Positions 7,882-15,388 of a stretch of 32,000 nucleotides of DNA are shown here, in pieces. Position 1 is the stretch's first letter; every line of letters begins with the position of its first letter. Below the pieces are notes generated by a model. The model did not search any database. It was not told the origin of the DNA and worked only from the letters and a program-made list of their open reading frames with translations. Source of the stretch: Opitutales bacterium (lineage in GTDB: Bacteria > Verrucomicrobiota > Verrucomicrobiia > Opitutales > PNEW01); assembly GCA_965219535.1 (NCBI GenBank), contig CBDCNV010000001.1:1170001-1202000 (forward strand), written 5' to 3'. A program made the position numbers and the translations under genes.

Positions 7882-9504
7882 CTACACTTCCATTGCCATG
7901 CCGTCACTACCGGTATCGGCGGCTCCGGCAAGTTTACCGCTCACGGGATCTATGGTAATCGCGTTGACCAAGCCTAATCCCCCATGGCTGTAAGGCATGC
8001 GTACTACTGGATGTTTTTTTCGTATCTCAGCACAGACCATTTCAGGGATTCGGGCCTGGCATTGAATCAAATCACCTTCGCAATCACAGCGGGGGGCGTG
8101 AACCGCGTCGCTGATGCTCATTCCAAAATCAATCACGTTGAGGATTACCTGCAATATTGAGGTAATAATTCGTGTTGCACCCGGGGCGCCAAGAACAAGG
8201 ACCGGTTTACCCTCCTTATAAATAATCGTGGGTGCCATGCCGGTAGTTCGACTTTTACCCGGGGCATAGGAATTCGGATGACCTGCCAGGGGATGGTAAT
8301 TGATCATCGAATTATTATACATAAATCCCAACCCTGGAGTAATTACTCCCGAAGACATACCAAGCGAGTGAGTAAGGGCTACACAGTTCCCCTTACTATC
8401 GACGACGGTAACATGAGTCGTGTCAGGAGATTCAAACGGAGTGAAAGATACATCAATAGGCTGACCGGAGTCGATGTGCTTACGCCACTCATTTGCACGC
8501 TCCTTTGATACCATCCATTCCAAAGGTAGATCGACGAAAGTAGTGTCCGCTAAATGTTTATTGCGATCGGCGAATGCCGCTTTCATTGCCATCGATATGA
8601 GATAAATGTAATCGGCGGAATTATGATCATAAGATGACAGGTCATACCCTTCGAGAATGTTGAGGATCGCGAGCAGGGTTGGACCGCCATGCGGAGGAAG
8701 AACGGTGCTTAGTGAAAATTCCTGATAAGTACCGACGAGTGCTTCATCCTCACGGATCCGATAATTTTTAAAATCCTCAGCTGTAACAAAACTGTCATTG
8801 GCTTCCAGGTCCTGAAGCATATTAGTAGCCAACTCGCCTTCATAGAAGTCATTCGGGCCTTCTTCCGCGAGGCGCAGCAGGGTGCTTGCGTAGTCCGGAT
8901 TGTGCAGTCGTTCACCAGCGTCATAAGGACTGCCGTTAGCTTTAAGGTAAATCCGGCTGGCTTCCTTGTTTTCCTTAATGTAGTCAAGCATGGTGGAAGA
9001 TTCAGGGAACTTGGCTTTACTCTTCCATGAATCTGCAAGCGTGGAACCTACGCTGAATCCCTCTTCAGCAATCTGCGCTGCCGGGCGGATGGCCTGTTCC
9101 CAGGATAGTGTACCCAATTGTTGCAATAGGGTTGATAACCCTTTGACCGTACCCGGCGTACATATCGACTGGTAACCGCATTCGTTTACTTTACCTTCCA
9201 GAAAGTAACCCCACCCGTCAGGATTGGCACGGATAACTTTATCCACCCACATCGTGGGATCGACTTTTGATCCCGCCAAAGCAGGGGCATCCAGAACCGC
9301 GGCTTTCATATTACCCTCGGAAGAGGGAAGTGCCGGTTGCAGCGTTATTAAAATATAGCCACCGATACCACAACAGTGAAAATCAACAATCATCTGGACA
9401 AAAGCGCATGTCACCGCTGCATCGATTGCGTTACCACCGTTCATTAAGACTTTAGCCCCTTCTTCCACTGCCTGTGGCTGCGGCGCGACAATCATACTTT
9501 TCAT
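7882..9504 (-). CDS. ggt: gamma-glutamyltransferase family protein (no signal peptide)
   Basis: 540 aa. It has the autoprocessing/nucleophile Thr context ESPDTTHVTVVD, and the GGT family is recognisable along the full length. The N-terminus MKSMIVAPQPQAVEEG lacks a signal peptide. Confidence 0.9.
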   Translation of the reverse strand: MKSMIVAPQPQAVEEGAKVLMNGGNAIDAAVTCAFVQMIVDFHCCGIGGYILITLQPALPSSEGNMKAAVLDAPALAGSKVDPTMWVDKVIRANPDGWGYFLEGKVNECGYQSICTPGTVKGLSTLLQQLGTLSWEQAIRPAAQIAEEGFSVGSTLADSWKSKAKFPESSTMLDYIKENKEASRIYLKANGSPYDAGERLHNPDYASTLLRLAEEGPNDFYEGELATNMLQDLEANDSFVTAEDFKNYRIREDEALVGTYQEFSLSTVLPPHGGPTLLAILNILEGYDLSSYDHNSADYIYLISMAMKAAFADRNKHLADTTFVDLPLEWMVSKERANEWRKHIDSGQPIDVSFTPFESPDTTHVTVVDSKGNCVALTHSLGMSSGVITPGLGFMYNNSMINYHPLAGHPNSYAPGKSRTTGMAPTIIYKEGKPVLVLGAPGATRIITSILQVILNVIDFGMSISDAVHAPRCDCEGDLIQCQARIPEMVCAEIRKKHPVVRMPYSHGGLGLVNAITIDPVSGKLAGAADTGSDGMAMEV

Positions 9505-9677
9505 GCTTTTGCTTTCTTTTAGAATAATCGATCTTCTATCTTAAAATGTTAATATAACATAGCGATAGGTATAGATTTAAAGGTAATTCGTAATTATAAG
9601 TCTACGGCCTTAAATCGTCATCGCGTATCCTGCGAATGCGGAATGACATCTGCCATTTAGAGGTTGACGGTACGCAA

Positions 9678-9861
9678 TAGACATCCCCCTAGATTGCTTC
9701 GTCCCACGGTCGCGGGACTCGCAATGACAATTGGAAGAACAGAGGTAGCGTGTTCTAAAAAATCCACTTACCGATTACATCCCTATTGTCATTGCGAGGA
9801 GTGGAGCAACGAAGCTACCGAGCGTGAATCGCGACATCTTCCATTCCAGGGGGATGTCTAT
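9678..9861. repeat. 184-bp nested palindrome (ATAGACATCCCCCT ... CTCGCAATGACAA / TTGTCATTGCGAG ... AGGGGGATGTCTAT)
   Basis: The outer 14-mers at 9678..9691 and 9848..9861 are perfect inverted repeats. Inner inverted pairs are gattgcttcg/gcaacgaagc and ctcgcaatgacaa/ttgtcattgcgag. Confidence 0.85.
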
Positions 9862-9992
9862 ATGCTATTCTCCAGCCAATGACACGTTGAATGTCGATAA
9901 AGCTTCTTTTGCAAAACATTGTTCTTATATACCCCCGACACGTGTTGTCTCTCCAATAAACATTTACCCTTACGGCCACGACCAACCTTCGC

Positions 9993-10078
9993 TAAGGCTA
10001 TGGCTGGCAGGACTTCGATGATCTCCCTTCGGCATGAGCTCAGGGCCGAATGCAGCCGAATCGCAGTCCGTTCCACCA
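9993..10078. repeat. dispersed repeat (AAGGCTATGG..CAGGACTTCGATGA..GAGCTCAG..CGAATCGCAG..CGTTCCACCA), copy 1
   Basis: It matches the reverse complement of 20298..20357, with two short insertions. Confidence 0.8.
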
Positions 10079-10092
10079 TTCCCTAAATCTTT

Positions 10093-10127
10093 TTCTTGTG
10101 TTTTTTGTGTCTTTTGTGCCTCTTGTG
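10093..10127. repeat. (YTTTTGTG)4 simple repeat, period 8-9, ending 8 nt before the start codon
   Basis: ttcttgtg ttttttgtg tcttttgtg cctcttgtg, then gttatccc, then ATG at 10136. Confidence 0.85.
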
Positions 10128-10135
10128 GTTATCCC

Positions 10136-12688
10136 ATGCGATACAGTCTATTAGTATTCTTCTTTTTTTTAATTACACTCTGCTCTTCCATCGCGGCAGA
10201 ATCCGCTAAAAACAATACTTCTGATGAATTATTCACCTGGGAGGAATTACCGGATTATCCCGATGAGGCGGGCGTTGCCGGTGCTTTTGTCGGAACTAGC
10301 AATGGCGCATTGATTATCGCCGGGGGGTCACGATCAGTTCAAGCCATTAGCAAAGGTGTAGATAGCGTCACTCATGATTCCATTTATGTTTTAGAAAAAA
10401 CAGGTGAAGAATACCACGCGTATACAGATTTTAAATTGCCGCACCCTGTAACCCAGGGCGCTTCGGTCGTTACCGATGAAGGTCTTGTCTGCCTGGGTGG
10501 ACGTGATGAAAACAACACTTACGATGATGTATATGTTTTAATCTGGAATAAAGAGACGAATGAAATTGTAAGAAAAGATTTACCCAGTCTCCCGCAAAAA
10601 TGTTTCGGTTTAGCAGCAGCATACATGGGGAATAAGATCTATGTAGCGGGGGGGATGAATGAAGAGGGAATACTCAATAATTTCTGGAGCTTAGATCTTA
10701 CACCGGGTGAGATGTCAGATTGGCAGGAACTACAACCATTTCCCGGTTTAGAACGGTACGGCGCGACACTGATTGTCCAAAACAACGGTTACCACCCTGT
10801 TCTCTATCTCTTTAGTGGTAAGCGTGATGATGAGTATCTTAAAGATGCTTATTTCTATGATCCGGAAGTAGATGATTTAAGTAAGCGCTGGAAACAGATT
10901 GTCGAAATGCCACGCGCCTCATTCCAGGCAGCGGGAGCTGCTGTCGGTAAGTCGCATATCATGATATTCAGCGGTTCTCATAACAACGAGATGAGTTCGT
11001 TGAATGACGAGATTCAATATTCAGATGATATTATTGCTTATCACACAATTACCGACACCTGGGTGACATTCGGACACACGCCGCAAGGCGTGGTAAAAAC
11101 CGGCATCGTCCCCTTTGCTGACGGATACGTTTTAGCGGGCGGTGAAACTTCGTTGGGATTCCGGACACCTAAAGTTTATCACGCGCGAACCAAAAGCATA
11201 ATTAAAAGGTACTTTCATCTCCTCGATTACGTCTCCCTCATTGTCTATCTGGTCATACTTATGGGTATGGGATTTTATTTTTCAAAGCGGGAAAAAACGA
11301 CGAAAGATTATCTGTTAGCTGGGCAGCGAATTCCTTACTGGGCGGCGGGGTTGAGCATGCTGGCCACAGGTGTGAGCTCGATTGGATTTATGGCCATTCC
11401 CGCAAAAGCTTTTGCCACTAACTGGGTCTATTTTTCCGCTATATTCATTTGGTTTATCATTGTCCCGTTTGTTAATAGCATGATCGTACCCTTTTATCAC
11501 AAATTACAGATCACTTCTGTTTACGAATACCTTGAAGCAAGATTTAATATCGCCGTTCGTCTAATTATTGCTGCTTTATTCTGTCTCTTTCAAATCCTCG
11601 GACGTATGAGCGTGGTTCTTTTCCTGCCCGCACTCGCACTCTCCGCGGTAACCGGTGTCGATAAATACACCTGCATTCTTCTCATGGGTGTATTCGCCAC
11701 TCTCTATACAGTGATGGGTGGCATGGAAGCTGTCATCTGGACGGATGTTATTCAACTTTTCGTTCTCATGGGAGGTGCGATACTCTGTATCGTGCTCGTT
11801 ATCTCGGGCATTGATGGCGGGGTGGGGACTTTCTTTGACGTGGCCTTTGAAGATAAGAAGATGAAGCTGGCCGTTTTAAAATGGGATTACACGGAAGCGG
11901 TATTATGGGTTGTTCTAATGAATGCGCTGATTTATCGCCTGCTTAACTTCAGCACCGATCAAACGATCGTTCAGCGAATCATGACGACGTCGAATACAAA
12001 GGAGGCGAAAAAAGCGATATGGTGCGATTGCCTGTTTTCAATTCCCTGGTCTTTTATCGCGTTTGGTTTGGGAACTGTTCTCTATGTCTTTTATAAAACG
12101 CATCCAGAAAAATTAAATCCAACCCTGGCAACCGATGCAATTGTCCCTTTGTTTATTGTTCAGAATGTACCTATTGGACTCAGTGGTATTATCATTGCCG
12201 GGGTTTTTGCCGCTGCGATGTCGAGCCTGGACAGTTCGATGCATAGCACGGCGACGGTGATCGTCACTGATTTCTATAAACGTTTCAAACCGGCAGCTAC
12301 CGATCATCATCTTCTTACTGTCTCGCGCTGGTTGACTGGACTGCTCGGTATGTTTGGCACGGGAGCAGCCCTTTGGATGGCAAAAATGGACAGCTCTTCG
12401 ATGTGGGATGTATTTATTATCGCACTAAGCCTGTTTGGTGGAGCGATAGGAGGAGTATTTGCGCTCGGCATTTTTACTAATCGCACGAATAGCTCCGGCG
12501 CTATTCTCGGAACGTTATTAAGTGTCGTTATATTGTATTTTGTAAAACAATATACCGAGATTCATTTCTTCCTTTATGCCTTTGTCGGTATGACAGCAGG
12601 AATTATTCTGGGGTACATTTTAAGTTTTATCACACCCGGTAAACCAAAATTCGAAGGGTTGACGGTTTATAGCCGGAAAGGGGAATAA
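10136..12688 (+). CDS. fusion: signal peptide + Kelch-repeat beta-propeller (NanM/YjhT mutarotase-like) + sodium:solute symporter (SSS family)
   Basis: The start is placed at MRYSLLVFFFFLITLCSSIAAES (signal peptide). The ~330-aa N-terminal domain has repeated GG/YV..GG Kelch-like blades. The C-terminal ~500 aa are SSS-like (DYLLAGQRIPYWAAGLSMLATGVSSIGFMAIPAKAF; 13 or more TMs). Confidence 0.85.
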   Translation: MRYSLLVFFFFLITLCSSIAAESAKNNTSDELFTWEELPDYPDEAGVAGAFVGTSNGALIIAGGSRSVQAISKGVDSVTHDSIYVLEKTGEEYHAYTDFKLPHPVTQGASVVTDEGLVCLGGRDENNTYDDVYVLIWNKETNEIVRKDLPSLPQKCFGLAAAYMGNKIYVAGGMNEEGILNNFWSLDLTPGEMSDWQELQPFPGLERYGATLIVQNNGYHPVLYLFSGKRDDEYLKDAYFYDPEVDDLSKRWKQIVEMPRASFQAAGAAVGKSHIMIFSGSHNNEMSSLNDEIQYSDDIIAYHTITDTWVTFGHTPQGVVKTGIVPFADGYVLAGGETSLGFRTPKVYHARTKSIIKRYFHLLDYVSLIVYLVILMGMGFYFSKREKTTKDYLLAGQRIPYWAAGLSMLATGVSSIGFMAIPAKAFATNWVYFSAIFIWFIIVPFVNSMIVPFYHKLQITSVYEYLEARFNIAVRLIIAALFCLFQILGRMSVVLFLPALALSAVTGVDKYTCILLMGVFATLYTVMGGMEAVIWTDVIQLFVLMGGAILCIVLVISGIDGGVGTFFDVAFEDKKMKLAVLKWDYTEAVLWVVLMNALIYRLLNFSTDQTIVQRIMTTSNTKEAKKAIWCDCLFSIPWSFIAFGLGTVLYVFYKTHPEKLNPTLATDAIVPLFIVQNVPIGLSGIIIAGVFAAAMSSLDSSMHSTATVIVTDFYKRFKPAATDHHLLTVSRWLTGLLGMFGTGAALWMAKMDSSSMWDVFIIALSLFGGAIGGVFALGIFTNRTNSSGAILGTLLSVVILYFVKQYTEIHFFLYAFVGMTAGIILGYILSFITPGKPKFEGLTVYSRKGE

Positions 12689-12912
12689 GTCAAAAAGTCA
12701 AAAGGTCAAAAGGTCAAAAAGTTTAAGACGCGAATTTCACCTATCTTCTGCGTACTTCTGTATCTCTGTGGTTCAAACTTTTTCCCGCATTATCACATTC
12801 ACGTATGAGAGGTATCCATCCGTAGCACGAGGCTTTGGACGACAGGCGGGCTTCGTCTTCGGTACGCATTTACGAATTTCTTTTTGACCTTTTGACTTTT
12901 TGACCTTTTGAC
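12689..12912. repeat. complete GTCAAAAG/CTTTTGAC hairpin cassette (33-nt arms, ~158-nt loop) filling the whole intergenic spacer
   Basis: The left arm gtcaaaaagtcaaaaggtcaaaaggtcaaaaag starts at the nucleotide after the TAA stop (12686-12688). The right arm ctttttgaccttttgactttttgaccttttgac ends 6 nt before the GTG at 12919. Confidence 0.9.
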
Positions 12913-12918
12913 TACTAG

Positions 12919-13776
12919 GTGATGATGACTTTGGACATCAACCGACATACAACTGAACTTAAACGTGAGGGATACACGATTATTCACGCTGTTATGTCAT
13001 CTTCGGAGATCGATGCGACGAAGCAGGCGATCGAAGAGACCTTGAATGCTGAAGAGACCCTAGGGCGAAAATACGGGTTACAGAATGAAAATCTGCGTAT
13101 GTCATTCAATGTCCAAAGCAAGCACCCTCATTTCTATGGGATGCCACTGCGCAACCCGGAGGCGGTTGAGGTTGCACGGCGCGTGTTGGGGGATGACATG
13201 TTTGCGCACGATGTCACAATCCGGACACCATTGCCGACCGGTAAAAAGAATTGGAGCAAGTATGGAGGAAATCTACACACCGATTGGCCCGACTTTACGG
13301 TAAAACCATTTACTGAAGGCAAGCATTACCCCATGGCTATTCAGTCGGTGTGGGCGGTGTCTGATTTCACGAAAGAGACCGGGGGACCGATGATCTGGCC
13401 GCGATCCCATTTGTCACTTGAAGTTCCACCAGAAGAGCCTGAAACTTTGCCTCCAGGATGGATCATTGCTGAAGCACCGGCCGGCTCTGTCGTCATGTGG
13501 GATTCGGGATTATGGCATACCGGCGGTACCAATTGTAGCGATTCCCCGAGGTATTCACTTATCTTTTACTTCCAGCGATGGTGGATCAAGGGGTTCAACG
13601 ATTCCTACCGTTTTGTGCCGCCTGAGGTGCGTGCCGCAATGACCAAAGAGGAGCGCCGTATGTGGGGTCTTGAAGCGGGGATCCCGCCTAACACCCATCT
13701 TCGAGGGATGAGCATTGAACAGATTGCAGCTTTCACCACTGAAGAGAAAGCGGTTTTAAACATCGCACCTTATTAA
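12919..13776 (+). CDS. phytanoyl-CoA dioxygenase (PhyH) family Fe(II)/2-oxoglutarate oxygenase
   Basis: HTDWP (HxD) and WHTGGTN (distal His) form a facial-triad layout. The start could be GTG 12919, ATG 12922 or ATG 12925. Confidence 0.8.
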   Translation: MMMTLDINRHTTELKREGYTIIHAVMSSSEIDATKQAIEETLNAEETLGRKYGLQNENLRMSFNVQSKHPHFYGMPLRNPEAVEVARRVLGDDMFAHDVTIRTPLPTGKKNWSKYGGNLHTDWPDFTVKPFTEGKHYPMAIQSVWAVSDFTKETGGPMIWPRSHLSLEVPPEEPETLPPGWIIAEAPAGSVVMWDSGLWHTGGTNCSDSPRYSLIFYFQRWWIKGFNDSYRFVPPEVRAAMTKEERRMWGLEAGIPPNTHLRGMSIEQIAAFTTEEKAVLNIAPY

Positions 13777-13796
13777 GCTAAGCAGGATATTATATT

Positions 13797-14492
13797 ATGA
13801 ATCAAAATTCTATACCTAAATTAATCGAGAATCTACGGGGATTCGACAGTGCAACAATATCCAACGCGATTGAACATTTCGAGGTTCGTGATCCAACGAT
13901 GGGTTTTGCCAACAATGAGTTGATCTGCCAATTGCCTGAGATCGGCGCACCGATGGTCGGTTACGCGCTCACTGCGACCGCAGATTCCACCACGCCGGGT
14001 GATAAAAGAACCTCACGAGTAGACGACCTGGTCGCGCATATCGACGCGGCACCTAATCCTGTCATCCTCGTCGTCCAGCACGTTGGACATGATCGTAAAC
14101 GCTGCTGCCTGTTTGGAGACCAGTTTTGCACGATTGCCGAAAAACTTGGCGCGGTGGGCCTCGTCACCGATGCCAACTGCCGTGACCGAACCGGGATACG
14201 AAAGCGGACACCCAATTTCCATGTATTTGCTGCTGGTTGGGTTGTCTCTCATGGTTACGGAGCCTTCCTCGACTTCAACATTAATATCGAGGTAGGTGGA
14301 CTGACCATTGCTCCGGGCGACCTGCTACACGGTGATGAAAGCGGGCTGGTTTCTGTTCCAAAAGACATTGCTGAGGATGTCGTGAACCGGGCTAAGGACG
14401 TGATTAAGGAAGAAGCCGATTACTTTGATTTTCTGAAAAGCGATGATTATACCTTTGAAAAACTCCAACGCCGAATTCTACCGCATGAGTGA
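13797..14492 (+). CDS. RraA-family protein (RraA / 4-hydroxy-4-methyl-2-oxoglutarate aldolase-like)
   Basis: 231 aa with GDQFCTIAEKLGAVGLVTDANCRD and GDLLHGDESGLVSVP, typical of the RraA/demethylmenaquinone methyltransferase-like fold. Confidence 0.75.
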   Translation: MNQNSIPKLIENLRGFDSATISNAIEHFEVRDPTMGFANNELICQLPEIGAPMVGYALTATADSTTPGDKRTSRVDDLVAHIDAAPNPVILVVQHVGHDRKRCCLFGDQFCTIAEKLGAVGLVTDANCRDRTGIRKRTPNFHVFAAGWVVSHGYGAFLDFNINIEVGGLTIAPGDLLHGDESGLVSVPKDIAEDVVNRAKDVIKEEADYFDFLKSDDYTFEKLQRRILPHE

Positions 14493-14511
14493 AAAATTTA
14501 TAATTTTTTAA

Positions 14512-15246
14512 GGGTCATGCCTAGAATAGACACATATCAGATGTGTAAGCTATTCTAGACAAATGAGAAATAAGTATGTACATCGTTCAAAAATTTCTGA
14601 GGCCAAATTTCGGCAGTTAGTAAAGTGTTTTAGCTTGGATATGGAAGCGTTGAAGATAGCCCAATTGACAGGATTGAATCGTAACACGGTCAACCGTTAT
14701 TTGCGCTTGTTGCGGGAGCGTTTGTTGCAGCAATGTGCGCAGGCCTCGCCTTTTAGGGGGTCGGTGGAAATGGATGAGTCCTACTTTGGAGGCAAAAGAA
14801 TTCCAGGGCAAAGAGGTCGGGGTGCATTCAAGAAAGTGCCCGTCTTCGGGTTGCTCAAGCGTAATGGGAAAGTCTATACCCAGGTTGTACGCAATGTCTC
14901 CAGAGCCGCTCTGCATGCGGTGATCCAAGGGAGAGTTACTTTTGACAGTGTGCTTTATTCTGACGGGTGGCGTGCTTACAACGGCCTCGTGGATCTGGGC
15001 TATAAGAAGCATTACCGTGTCAATCACAACGACAACGAGTTTGCCCAGGGACACTCCCACATTAACGGGATTGAATCTTTTTGGGCTTTTGCTAAACTTC
15101 GATTGGCTAAGTTCAAAGGTCTTTCTCGTAGGACCTTCCAACTGCACCTCAAAGAAACTGAATATCGCTTTAACCATCGTCATCAAAACCTCCATCGTAA
15201 CATCCTTAATATGTGCTTAAGATACCCTCTGTTCTAGGCATGACCC
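14512..15246 (+). mobile_element. IS1595-family insertion sequence (735 bp)
   Basis: Terminal inverted repeats GGGTCATGCCTAGAA(T/C)AGA (18/19 match) and a single ISXO2-like transposase ORF. It is flanked by the 8-bp direct repeat TTTTTTAA (14504..14511 and 15247..15254). Confidence 0.85.
14563..15237 (+). CDS. IS1595-family (ISXO2-like DDE) transposase
   Basis: 224 aa with an N-terminal HTH (IAQLTGLNRNTVNRYLRLLR) and the VEMDESYFGG ... YSDGWRAY ... HINGIESFW signature of DDE_Tnp_IS1595. The stop codon lies inside the right IR. Confidence 0.85.
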   Translation: MRNKYVHRSKISEAKFRQLVKCFSLDMEALKIAQLTGLNRNTVNRYLRLLRERLLQQCAQASPFRGSVEMDESYFGGKRIPGQRGRGAFKKVPVFGLLKRNGKVYTQVVRNVSRAALHAVIQGRVTFDSVLYSDGWRAYNGLVDLGYKKHYRVNHNDNEFAQGHSHINGIESFWAFAKLRLAKFKGLSRRTFQLHLKETEYRFNHRHQNLHRNILNMCLRYPLF

Positions 15247-15268
15247 TTTTTTAATTATAAATTTTTCA

Positions 15269-15365
15269 GTTTTAAGTGTCAGGTGTTAGGTTTTAAGTGG
15301 AGAGCTTAATTGGAAAATCCTACTGATCTTCTCTTACCTAAAACTTAACACCTAACACATAACAC
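15269..15365. repeat. GTGTTAGG/GTTTTAAG simple-repeat hairpin (~35-nt arms)
   Basis: Left arm gttttaagtgtcaggtgttaggttttaagtggagag; right arm ctcttacctaaaacttaacacctaacacataacac. Single arms of the same family occur at 16391..16412 and 24614..24642. Confidence 0.8.
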
Positions 15366-15366
15366 A

Positions 15367-15388
15367 GCACTAGGCTTTTGCCTAGTGC
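15367..15388 (-). terminator. 9-bp hairpin containing the stop codon of the upstream (minus-strand) gene, followed by a GU-rich repeat
   Basis: mRNA sense is GCACUAGGC-AAAA-GCCUAGUGC. The 5' arm includes the last codons AAG CAC UAG. Confidence 0.5.

Noticed and set aside
10034-10135. N-terminal 34-codon extension of the Kelch-SSS ORF (MSSGPNAAESQSVPPFPKSFSCVFCVFCASCGYP)
   Set aside because: This stretch is the dispersed repeat 9993..10078 plus the (YTTTTGTG)4 tract read in frame. A proper signal peptide starts at the ATG at 10136.
14617-15195. 192-aa antisense ORF inside the transposase gene, and similar antisense ORFs (5720..6202, 6552..6947, 16027..16299, 17069..17341, 27827..28168, 31139..31345)
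   Set aside because: They overlap genes with clear family signatures on the other strand. Their products are low-complexity or Arg/Ser-rich with no recognisable motifs. The 16027 and 17069 pair merely mirrors the tandem duplication.
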